From Bacteroidaceae bacterium (GTDB taxonomy: Bacteria; Bacteroidota; Bacteroidia; Bacteroidales; Bacteroidaceae), in contig JBJEHD010000077.1 of the NCBI GenBank assembly GCA_051875715.1, forward strand, positions 8,827 to 72,826: a DNA stretch of 64,000 nt. The letters are read 5' to 3'. Positions 45,755-53,868 of the stretch are shown here, one piece after another. A program made the translations under genes and the position numbers. The notes under the pieces are model-generated. The model did not search any database and was not told where the DNA came from. It saw nothing but the letters and a program-made list of their open reading frames with translations. Every line of letters starts with the position of its first letter. Within the stretch, counting starts at the first letter, position 1.

Positions 45755-47377
45755 CTACCAATAGAGGTCTACGATTTTCCCTTTCACTTCGTCCGACAGA
45801 CTCGGGAAGAACGTGAATCCGGTTTCTTGTTCCAACTGGCTCACTGTCACCCGGTAGTTGTCATAGTCGGTGCCGGAATACTGCTCGTTGTTGAAGCGGA
45901 AGCCAATGGTGTAGTAGTTGTTCCCCCTCTTCTTGCACAAGGCTTTGTAGTAGTATTTCGGCCGGGCCACGAGTGCGCCGGAGTTGTCCTGCACATAGCC
46001 GATGTTTGGGTCGGAGGCGGTGGTAATCATGGCTCCTGTCACCACGTAGAGCGTGTCGCACTGGGAGGTCCAGTCGCGCACTTGCCCTTCGAGACTGGCC
46101 CAGATGGACTGGTTCAGCCCTTGGCCGGTCTGTGCGGTCATGTTGGTGAAGTAGAACGTCGTCCGGTTGACGGCGGCATCGCGTGTGCGGTCGGCACTCG
46201 GAATCTGGTGTCCGCGGTCGGTGTTGTACGTACTGAATCCACGGAACAGTTCGGGTTGCCATTGCTGGTCGATCTCGGGGTCCCATCCCCAGTCGTCGGT
46301 ACGTCCGGACGAGCCGAGGTAGTAATTGTGCATGGGGTAGGCCACCCAGTAGGCCAGTTTGTTCTTCTTGTCGTAGAGCATGGCATAGTTTCGCACCTTG
46401 CTGTCGTTCGGCATGAAGTGGGTGATGTAGACCAGGTCTTCGCCGGTGGTGACAATCGGTGTTTCAAACCACGTGTTGGCCGGCTGCGGGGTTGGTTCCG
46501 GCTCCGGGTCGGGTGTCGGGTCGATGCTGCTTCCTCCTCCCTTCTTCAGGGTGACCTGGAAACTTAGCCGTTTGCCTTTCGCCAGGGCTTGGGCCTGGTC
46601 CATGGCCACGGAGTAGTTTTTCCCGTTCAGGCTGATGGCGAGCGAAACTCCGGTCCACGATTCGGTCGGCAGGAGGATGGCCTGCACCTCGGCCGTGGTG
46701 CCGCTGACTGCCACCGGCAAGGTGATGTCGGCTTTCGAGGTGGCATCGATGTTCAGCGTGCCTTGGGCCAGGTCGTAGTCGGCCCGGACGGGCATTCCTT
46801 TCAAGGTCACCTGCAAGCCGGTCAGGCTTGTGACACCGGTGCCTGCGCTGATGTGCAGGGCGAGGCTGGATAGTTGGCGCTCAAAGCGGAGGGCGTTTGC
46901 GTTGCCTCGTTTGGCGGTTTTCACGTTGTTGGCCACCATGAGGTCGATGGCTGCCGGATGGCTTTGGTCGCTTACGTCGACCGGATAGGTGAGTCCGCTC
47001 AGGTCGGCCCGGTAGGGGTAGTACGTGTAAAAATCCACCGTCGATCCGTCGGTCGGATAGTGGATGTTTTGTCCGCTTGCCGGGCGGAATATTCCGTCGG
47101 CCGATGGTGTGACGTACTGCCGGTTCATGCTTCCTTCGCTTACGGTGCCGGTGGTCAGCCCGGCTCCGGAGGCGGTCATGAACACGCCGATGGCGTCGTT
47201 TGCCTCCCAACTGGTCTCGGTAGCCCGGCTGTGCCAGGTGTCGTCTGCCGCCATGGTGGCACGGAAGGTCACGCACGTTTGGTCGTCGTCGCCTGGTAGC
47301 CGTTGCTCCTGGCAGGCTGTCGTGGCCAGCAAAAGCATCGCAGCCAGCAGGGCGGATGGATAAAGTGTTGTTTTCAT
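45755..47377 (-). CDS. Fimbrillin-like lipoprotein fused to a DNA/RNA non-specific (beta-beta-alpha-Me, Serratia NucA-type) endonuclease domain
   Basis: 540 aa from the ATG at 47377 (MKTTLYPSALLAAMLLLATTACQ). The N-terminus is fimbrillin-like (VTFRATMAADD...WEANDAIGVFMT), the linker is IDPTPDPEPEPTPQP, and the C-terminal domain carries the catalytic NTDRGHQIPSADR motif. Confidence 0.85.
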   Translation of the reverse strand: MKTTLYPSALLAAMLLLATTACQEQRLPGDDDQTCVTFRATMAADDTWHSRATETSWEANDAIGVFMTASGAGLTTGTVSEGSMNRQYVTPSADGIFRPASGQNIHYPTDGSTVDFYTYYPYRADLSGLTYPVDVSDQSHPAAIDLMVANNVKTAKRGNANALRFERQLSSLALHISAGTGVTSLTGLQVTLKGMPVRADYDLAQGTLNIDATSKADITLPVAVSGTTAEVQAILLPTESWTGVSLAISLNGKNYSVAMDQAQALAKGKRLSFQVTLKKGGGSSIDPTPDPEPEPTPQPANTWFETPIVTTGEDLVYITHFMPNDSKVRNYAMLYDKKNKLAYWVAYPMHNYYLGSSGRTDDWGWDPEIDQQWQPELFRGFSTYNTDRGHQIPSADRTRDAAVNRTTFYFTNMTAQTGQGLNQSIWASLEGQVRDWTSQCDTLYVVTGAMITTASDPNIGYVQDNSGALVARPKYYYKALCKKRGNNYYTIGFRFNNEQYSGTDYDNYRVTVSQLEQETGFTFFPSLSDEVKGKIVDLYW

Positions 47378-47414
47378 GAGATGTCCATTTTCTGAGTGAA
47401 TGAAGGCTTGTGGC

Positions 47415-48791
47415 TTACTCCACGTTGATTCCCCATACGAGACAACGTGCGTCACCGCCCGAAGGCTTGGCGGAAGTGAAAGTGAGCGTGGTCTGGTCGG
47501 TCACGCCTTCCAGCGTGTAGGTGAAGTGCTGCGTGGCCAGGTCGACGGCGGCAATTTGATAGGGGTTGGCCGTGTTTGCTCCTGCACTGACCAGTCCGAC
47601 GGTTTGGCTGGCCTCTCCGCCGATGGTGCCGGCGTTATCGATGCTGACGGTGATTTGTCCGGTCTTTGCAGCCCAGCCGATGGCGTAGAACGAGAGTTTC
47701 GTCATGCCGGCTCCGATGGGGGCGCTGGTCCACGATGCACCGGCACTGCTGTTGCCCAGTTTGAGGACGGAGTTGGCTTCGCCGTCGCCTACCTGGATGG
47801 TCCCTCCGCCCGGATTTGCAGTTGTGCCGAGCGATTCAAAGCCGGTCACATTGCTTGTGTGAGGCGGCATTTCGGTCGGTGTCTCCGGGGTTCCCGGGTC
47901 TGGATTTTCCGTGTCTGCGTCTTGATGGACATCCTGGTTGGCATTGATGGTGACCCATCCGGCGATGGAGGACACCAGCGATGCCTCGACGGCGGGTCCG
48001 GCCACCCCTTTCAGCGTGATGTTGTAGACGTGGTTGGTGCCTGCCTCCAACGTGACGTTGGCCAGGTCCCAGGTGTAGGACTTGCCGTCATAGGCAAAGG
48101 TGATGCGTCCATCGAGTTTGCCCGGCAACACGATGGCCTGCAACGTGGCTCCGTTGGCCGTCATGGCCAGGGCCTGACTGGCGGACAGGTTGCTCATCGT
48201 ACCGGTCGAGAGGTCGAAATCGGCTTTCGTGGCGCGGGTGATGTGGCCTGTGATGCCGGTTGCATCGGCATTCTCGCTGGTCTTGACGGTCAGCGTCAGC
48301 ATGGACAACTGGTGCTTGAACTGCAGGGATACGGCACTGGTGTTGGCCTTGTCGTAGGCGGAAGCAGGGGCGGCGTAAAGCAGGTCGTGCTCGCCGGCGG
48401 CCGTAAGGTCTACCTTATATATATGGTTGCTGACGGTGGCATACGGATAGTAAGCGGCAAAGCGGACCTTGCTCCCGTCGGTGGGGTAGAACAGGTGGGT
48501 GGCGTCGGCCGGGGACATTGCCCCTCCCGTCTGCACGGTGTATTCCTTGTTGTCTGCTCCGCCTACGGGGGCGAAATCGTTTTCGCCGACCATGTAGATG
48601 CCGACATGTTCTCCGCCCGTCCAGGCATCGCCCGCGCTGTTCACACGGGTGCCTACTCCGGCCACTGAGCCGGTGAAGCGTACTGCTCCGGCGGGTGCTT
48701 CATCCCATACGTCGCTTTCGTTCGTACAGGCAGCCAATCCAAGAAGCATCAAGCAGATGCTCCCAAACATACTTTTTGTTTTCATGCGCAA
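47415..48791 (-). CDS. Fimbrillin-like lipoprotein with linker and a distinct C-terminal beta-rich module
   Basis: 458 aa. Lipobox GLAAC followed by TNESD. N-terminal pattern VRFTGSVAGVGTRVNSAGDAWTGGEHVGIYMV and linker DADTENPDPGTPETPTE. An alternative start at 48785 is possible. Confidence 0.7.
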   Translation of the reverse strand: MRMKTKSMFGSICLMLLGLAACTNESDVWDEAPAGAVRFTGSVAGVGTRVNSAGDAWTGGEHVGIYMVGENDFAPVGGADNKEYTVQTGGAMSPADATHLFYPTDGSKVRFAAYYPYATVSNHIYKVDLTAAGEHDLLYAAPASAYDKANTSAVSLQFKHQLSMLTLTVKTSENADATGITGHITRATKADFDLSTGTMSNLSASQALAMTANGATLQAIVLPGKLDGRITFAYDGKSYTWDLANVTLEAGTNHVYNITLKGVAGPAVEASLVSSIAGWVTINANQDVHQDADTENPDPGTPETPTEMPPHTSNVTGFESLGTTANPGGGTIQVGDGEANSVLKLGNSSAGASWTSAPIGAGMTKLSFYAIGWAAKTGQITVSIDNAGTIGGEASQTVGLVSAGANTANPYQIAAVDLATQHFTYTLEGVTDQTTLTFTSAKPSGGDARCLVWGINVE

Positions 48792-49014
48792 AATTGAATA
48801 ATTATATTAGTTATAGTTATTTTCTTATTGACGGACATCGCGTCCTGTCATTTGGCAGGTTTAGTTACTTCTGTTTTTTTACTCTCCATGTTCATCTATC
48901 AAAATGTCAATGCGTGGGTGCTGTGTTCCTCCCCGCACGACTGGATAATCGGTGCAAGTTACGCATTTCTTGGCAATCTGAATGCATTTGTTTGTGGAAA
49001 TACATAAAAAAACG

Positions 49015-49022
49015 TACCTTTG
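49015..49022 (+). promoter_or_regulatory. Bacteroidetes -7 box TACCTTTG upstream of ssb
   Basis: Exact TAnnTTTG match 28 nt upstream of the ATG at 49050. Confidence 0.45.
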
Positions 49023-49049
49023 CCCGCAAGTAATAAAGAAGAACGGATT

Positions 49050-49475
49050 ATGTCGTTGAACAGAGTAATGCTGATTGGCAATGTGGGTAAAGAACCCGAA
49101 GTGAGATACCTGGACAGAGACGTGGCGGTGGCTACGTTCTCGTTGGCTACGACGGAGCGTGGCTATACGCTGGAGAACGGTACGCAGGTGCCGGAACGCA
49201 CGGAGTGGCACAACATCGTGGCTTGGAAAGGTTATGCCAAAACGATTGAACGGTATGTGCACAAGGGGGACAAACTCTACGTGGAAGGCAAAATCAGAAC
49301 TCGCTCGTACGACGACCAGAAAGGCCAACGTCGCTATGTGACGGAGATTTTTGTCGACTACATGGAGATGCTTTCTCCCAAACAGGTGGCTCCGCAGCAA
49401 CCTGCCGCACAGCCCGTCCAGCAGCCGAAGGACGAATTGCCTTATGCTGCGCCGTCTGATTCGAATCCGTTCTAA
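49050..49475 (+). CDS. ssb: Single-stranded DNA-binding protein
   Basis: 141 aa from the ATG at 49050. OB-fold N-terminus MSLNRVMLIGNVGKEPEVRYL...TEWHNIVAW, a Pro/Gln-rich linker and an acidic tail ending DSNPF. Confidence 0.9.
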   Translation: MSLNRVMLIGNVGKEPEVRYLDRDVAVATFSLATTERGYTLENGTQVPERTEWHNIVAWKGYAKTIERYVHKGDKLYVEGKIRTRSYDDQKGQRRYVTEIFVDYMEMLSPKQVAPQQPAAQPVQQPKDELPYAAPSDSNPF

Positions 49476-49501
49476 CGATTGTTTCACTAAATCCCATTTC
49501 C

Positions 49502-50848
49502 TTGGACCCTGACTCTTATTTATGCCGCTTGGCGGATGTTTTTGACGGTGTGACCGTGTTGACCCCCGGTGTGGGGGCGTATGTGGCCTTGATGTTGGCC
49601 GTGTTGTTGCTTTTTGCTTCCGGTTTTGTTTCTGCTTCCGAGATAGCATTTTTCTCGTTGTCGCCGGCCGACAAGAACGAGGTGGACAGCGAGAAGCATC
49701 CTTCTGACTCCAAAATCAAACAGTTGCTGGACGACACCGAACAGTTGTTGGCCACCATTCTGATTTCGAACAATTTCGTCAACGTGACCATCGTCATGTT
49801 GCTCAACTATTTCTTTGCCCAATGGATTGACTTCGGTACGTCCGAAGTGCTGGAGTTCGTGGTGGTATCGGTCGTACTGACGTTCGTACTGCTGCTTTTT
49901 GGCGAGATTATGCCGAAAATCTATTCTGCCCAACACACGCTGAAGTTTGTGCGTATGGCCGCCCCCATCATCAGCGTGCTGCGCCGCTTGTGCCGGCCGC
50001 TCTCGTTCGTGCTGATGCGGTCGACGGCGTTGGTAAACAAGCGCATCCAGAAGCGGAATTACAACCTGTCCGTCGATGAACTGTCGCACGCGCTGGAGTT
50101 GACTGACAAGAGCGAACTGAAGGACGAAAACAATATGCTGGAAGGCATCATCCGCTTCGGAGGCGAAACGGCCAAGGAGGTGATGACCTCGCGTCTCGAT
50201 GTGGTGGACCTCGATGTGAAGACTCCCTTCCCCGACGTGTTGCGTTGCATCGTCGACAATGCTTATTCGCGCATTCCGGTCTATTCTGGGTCGAAGGACA
50301 ACATCAAGGGCATCCTCTACATCAAAGACCTGCTTCCCCATCTGAACAAGGGTGAGAACTTCCGTTGGCAGTCGTTGGTGCGTCCGGCCTACTTCGTGCC
50401 CGAGACCAAGATGATTGATGACCTGCTACGCGATTTTCAGGCCAACAAAATCCATATCGCCATCGTGGTGGACGAGTTCGGCGGTACGTCGGGCATCGTG
50501 ACCATGGAGGACATTATCGAGGAAATCGTGGGTGAAATCAACGACGAGTACGACGAGGAAGAACGTACCTATGTGAAGTTGACCGACACTTCCTACGTGT
50601 TTGAAGCAAAGACGCAGTTGACCGATTTCTGCAAAATCACCCATTTGGACGATGATGTGTTCGACGCTGTGGCGGGCGAAGCCGATACGCTGGCCGGTCT
50701 GCTGCTCGAACTCAAGGGAGAATTCCCCGTCTTGCACGAGAGACTGACTTATGAAAACTACGAGTTTGAGGTCCTTGCAATGGACGACCGCCGCATTCTG
50801 AAAGTAAAATTCACCATTCATGAGCCCGTCACAGAAAAAGAAGCATGA
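49502..50848 (+). CDS. gldE: GldE-type CNNM/DUF21-CBS-CorC membrane protein
   Basis: 448 aa with an apparent TTG start (MDPDS...). It has a DUF21 TM region, a CBS pair and a CorC_HlyC-like C-terminus. A GldD-like gene follows. Confidence 0.8.
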   Translation: MDPDSYLCRLADVFDGVTVLTPGVGAYVALMLAVLLLFASGFVSASEIAFFSLSPADKNEVDSEKHPSDSKIKQLLDDTEQLLATILISNNFVNVTIVMLLNYFFAQWIDFGTSEVLEFVVVSVVLTFVLLLFGEIMPKIYSAQHTLKFVRMAAPIISVLRRLCRPLSFVLMRSTALVNKRIQKRNYNLSVDELSHALELTDKSELKDENNMLEGIIRFGGETAKEVMTSRLDVVDLDVKTPFPDVLRCIVDNAYSRIPVYSGSKDNIKGILYIKDLLPHLNKGENFRWQSLVRPAYFVPETKMIDDLLRDFQANKIHIAIVVDEFGGTSGIVTMEDIIEEIVGEINDEYDEEERTYVKLTDTSYVFEAKTQLTDFCKITHLDDDVFDAVAGEADTLAGLLLELKGEFPVLHERLTYENYEFEVLAMDDRRILKVKFTIHEPVTEKEA

Positions 50849-51428
50849 CCTGTTCTTGGTCGGCTACGGCGTGCTGCTGATGCTGGTTTCGGCCTTGGCG
50901 GCCGATTGTTCGCCGTCGCAGGAACGCAATGGTTCGAAACCGACCGGCCTCGAACTTCCTCCCCCTGTCTATGTGAGTACGCCGGACAGCCTGCCTTTCC
51001 GATTCGAGATGTCCGACCGGGCTCGTTTCACTTGTACGCATCCCAAGCCGGACACGTATTTCTTCGACGTGGCTTATCCCGACTTGCACGCCCGGCTTTA
51101 TGCCACGTGGCATCGCGTGGACGGTGCGGCCCATTTCGTGTCGTTGGCCGAGGAAAGCCGCCGCATGGTGTATGCCCATGCCGTGAAGGCGTCGGCCATC
51201 GTAGAACGTCCTTATGCCGATGACGCTCGCCGGGCGTACGGCCTTGTGTATGATTTGCAAGGACCGGTGGCCACACCGCTGCAGGTGTCGCTGACGGACT
51301 CGACACGTTTCTTCCTGCATGCCTCGCTTTATTTCGAGCAGGTGGCCGATTCGGTGGCGACCGGGGTCGTGGAGTATGTGCGGACAGATGTGACCCATTT
51401 GCTGCACACATTCGAAGAGAGACCGTAA
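50820..51428 (+). CDS. gldD: GldD-like lipoprotein
   Basis: 202 aa. Lipobox LAADC. Size and position downstream of gldE fit, and the C-terminal FFLHASLYFE resembles GldD as I recall it. It overlaps the gldE 3' end by 29 nt. Confidence 0.55.
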   Translation: MSPSQKKKHDLFLVGYGVLLMLVSALAADCSPSQERNGSKPTGLELPPPVYVSTPDSLPFRFEMSDRARFTCTHPKPDTYFFDVAYPDLHARLYATWHRVDGAAHFVSLAEESRRMVYAHAVKASAIVERPYADDARRAYGLVYDLQGPVATPLQVSLTDSTRFFLHASLYFEQVADSVATGVVEYVRTDVTHLLHTFEERP

Positions 51429-51442
51429 GGGGGCGGATTGCC

Positions 51443-52012
51443 ATGGCATTGATGTGGAAAAAACAAGAAGGGGCGTTGACGTGGGGCGTATGGCGGATGG
51501 ACGAACATCCGACGGCTCCACAGCGTATGCAGGAGACGGCCGCCGTGCTCGATTTGCTGGAGGCCTTGTGCGGGAGTCGTCAGGTGGTCTGCCACCACGA
51601 AAGCGGACGTCCCTTTCTGGCCCATGGACGTTGGGAAATCAGCATTTCGCATACGAAGGGCTATGTCGCCGTGGCCTTGCATGCAGGCGGACGCAAGGTG
51701 GGCATTGACATCGAGCACTATCGACCGCAGGTGTTCCGCATTCGCGGGAAGTTCCTTTCCGACGAGGAATTGGTTGCTACGGAAGGAGCAGACCTGACAC
51801 AACAACTGCTCTATTGGTGCGCCAAGGAGACGGTCTACAAGGCCATGGACACTCCGTGGACCGAGTTGAGGCAACACATCCGGGTGTGTCCGTTCGAACG
51901 GACGGGGTCGGAAGGCACCTTCCGTGCCTACGAACTAAAAACGGGAACCCGTCAAGAGTTCCCGCTTCGATATTTCATCCACCCGGAGTATTTGGTGGTG
52001 GTTTCCGTTTAG
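51443..52012 (+). CDS. 4'-phosphopantetheinyl transferase superfamily protein
   Basis: 189 aa. Motifs ISISHTKGYVAVAL, GIDIE and WCAKETVYKA. Confidence 0.8.
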   Translation: MALMWKKQEGALTWGVWRMDEHPTAPQRMQETAAVLDLLEALCGSRQVVCHHESGRPFLAHGRWEISISHTKGYVAVALHAGGRKVGIDIEHYRPQVFRIRGKFLSDEELVATEGADLTQQLLYWCAKETVYKAMDTPWTELRQHIRVCPFERTGSEGTFRAYELKTGTRQEFPLRYFIHPEYLVVVSV

Positions 52013-53382
52013 ATTCTTTCCAACTGTACGGTGAAGTGGCGCATCAGCGGTGCTTCCCAGGCGATGCGTACGCCGTGGGTGATCTGCTCGCGGCGGTCAA
52101 ACACATTCTTCAGAGCCACGGCGATGACGTCCATGTGGTTGTTGGTGTAGACGCGGCGCGGAATGGCCAAACGCAGCAGGTCGAGTCCGCCGAAACGGTT
52201 TTCACGTGTGACGGGATCGCGGTCGGCCAGGATATAACCGATTTCGCATCCGCGGATACCGGCCTCCAGGTAGAGTTCGATGGTCAGCGTCTGTGCGGGG
52301 AATTCCTCTTTCGGAACGTGTGTGAGCACCTTCGGTGCGTCGATGAACAAGGCGTGTCCGCCGGCCGGACGCTGGTAGGGGATGCCGAACTCGTCAAGTC
52401 GTTTGGCCAGGTATTCCACTTGCTTGATGCGGGTTTCCAGGTTGTCGAATTCCGTGTTTTCGTCCAATCCGATGGCCAGGGCATTCATGTCGCGCCCGTT
52501 CATGCCGCCGTAGGTCAGGTATCCTTCGAACTGCACGCAGAAACCTTTCGCACCTTCGTACCAATCTTTCTTGTGTGTGGCGATGAATCCGCCCATGTTG
52601 ACGATGGCGTCTTTCTTGGCACTCATGGTCATGCCGTCGGCCAGGGAGAACATCTCTTTCACGATTTCCTTGATGGTCTTGTCGGCGTAGCCTTCTTCGC
52701 GCGTCTTGATGAAGTAGGCATTTTCGGCGAAGCGGGCCGAGTCGAACACAACGGGTTTGCCATATTGGTCGGCCAGGGCGCGCACTTCACGCAGGTTTTG
52801 CATCGATACGGGCTGTCCGCCGGCAGTATTGTTCGTGATGGTGACGATGATGAAGGGGATGCGGTCGGCGTGTTCGCGCAGGGCCTTTTCCAGTTTCTTC
52901 GGGTCGACGTTGCCTTTGAAGGGGATTTCCAGTTGCGTGTCCTTGGCTTCATCGATGGTGCAATCCAGAGCCGTGGCTTTTCGTCCTTCGATGTGTCCCT
53001 TGGTGGTGTCGAAGTGCGAGTTTCCGGGGACGATGTCGCCTTCCTTCACCAGGTAGGAGAAAAGCACGTTTTCGGCGGCGCGTCCTTGGTGGGTCGGGAT
53101 GACGTATTCAAATCCGGTGAGTTTCGTAATCATCTCTTTCATTTGGAGGAACGAGCGTGCGCCGGCATAACTTTCGTCGCCCATCATGATGCCTGCCCAT
53201 TGGCGGTCGCTCATCGCGCCTGTGCCGGAGTCGGTCAGGAGGTCGATGTACACTTGTTCGGCTTTCAGCTGGAATACGTTGTAGTGTGCTTCTTTAATCC
53301 ATTGTTCTCTTTCTTCGCGTGTGCTTTTTCGGATGGGTTCTACCATCTTGATTTTCCATGATTCTGCAAAGGGTAATTCCAT
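52009..53382 (-). CDS. tnaA: Tryptophanase (beta-eliminating lyase; tyrosine phenol-lyase not formally excluded)
   Basis: 457 aa from the ATG at 53382. It is colinear with my recollection of E. coli TnaA (LTDSGTGAMS, IPTHQGRAAE, DSARFAENAYFIK, SAKKDA with the PLP Lys). Confidence 0.85.
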   Translation of the reverse strand: MELPFAESWKIKMVEPIRKSTREEREQWIKEAHYNVFQLKAEQVYIDLLTDSGTGAMSDRQWAGIMMGDESYAGARSFLQMKEMITKLTGFEYVIPTHQGRAAENVLFSYLVKEGDIVPGNSHFDTTKGHIEGRKATALDCTIDEAKDTQLEIPFKGNVDPKKLEKALREHADRIPFIIVTITNNTAGGQPVSMQNLREVRALADQYGKPVVFDSARFAENAYFIKTREEGYADKTIKEIVKEMFSLADGMTMSAKKDAIVNMGGFIATHKKDWYEGAKGFCVQFEGYLTYGGMNGRDMNALAIGLDENTEFDNLETRIKQVEYLAKRLDEFGIPYQRPAGGHALFIDAPKVLTHVPKEEFPAQTLTIELYLEAGIRGCEIGYILADRDPVTRENRFGGLDLLRLAIPRRVYTNNHMDVIAVALKNVFDRREQITHGVRIAWEAPLMRHFTVQLERI

Positions 53383-53494
53383 AATTAGCAATTTAAGGGT
53401 TTGGTCAATGTTGACGAAGCGAAGATAATCATTTATTTCCATTTTCCGACACGTTGGTGTGGGAAAAAAGGGGGGAGGGCTTCGTGTGACTTTG

Positions 53495-53863
53495 TTAGCG
53501 TTTGCAGCGCATCTCCACGGCGGCGGTTCGGATGTCGGCCCCCATGGGTGGATTCCGTTTGGCCAGACGCAACTGCACGCTGCCGATGCGGTCGAACCGT
53601 TGTAGCAGGCTGCGGCCGATGCGTGCGGCCACGTGCTCAAGCAGGGCGGAGGGCTGTTCCATTTCTGTACGGACGGTTTCGTATACCTCGGCATAGTTGA
53701 CCGTTCCGTCCAGATTGTCGGTAAGGGCGGCGTGTTCGTAGTCGACCTTCAGGCGAAGGTCGACTACGAATTCGTTGCCCACACGCCTTTCCTGCGGCAT
53801 GACGCCGTGGTAGGCGTGGAAGGTGAGCCCGTCGAGGGTGATGTACATGTCTTCTATTTTCAT
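53495..53863 (-). CDS. folB: Dihydroneopterin aldolase
   Basis: 122 aa from the ATG at 53863. FolB pattern LTFHAYHGVMPQERRVGNEFVVDL...VNYAEVY. The TTG at 53875 in the ORF track would overlap malQ. Confidence 0.85.
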   Translation of the reverse strand: MKIEDMYITLDGLTFHAYHGVMPQERRVGNEFVVDLRLKVDYEHAALTDNLDGTVNYAEVYETVRTEMEQPSALLEHVAARIGRSLLQRFDRIGSVQLRLAKRNPPMGADIRTAAVEMRCKR

Positions 53864-53868
53864 GGTCT

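Noticed and set aside
47415-47900. Is the C-terminal module of the 47415 lipoprotein a third copy of module X?
   Set aside because: Its size and its beta-rich character with a terminal hydrophobic strand are similar, but I could not align conserved motifs by eye. Homology is therefore not claimed. Settling it needs a profile-profile or structural comparison.
52009-52012. Convergent PPTase and tnaA genes whose stop codons overlap (TTAG). The nitroreductase and queA stops are likewise only 6 nt apart (60425/60432).
   Set aside because: The overlap is real but unremarkable in compact genomes. It only implies the absence of intergenic terminators, so it is noted here and not scored as a finding.
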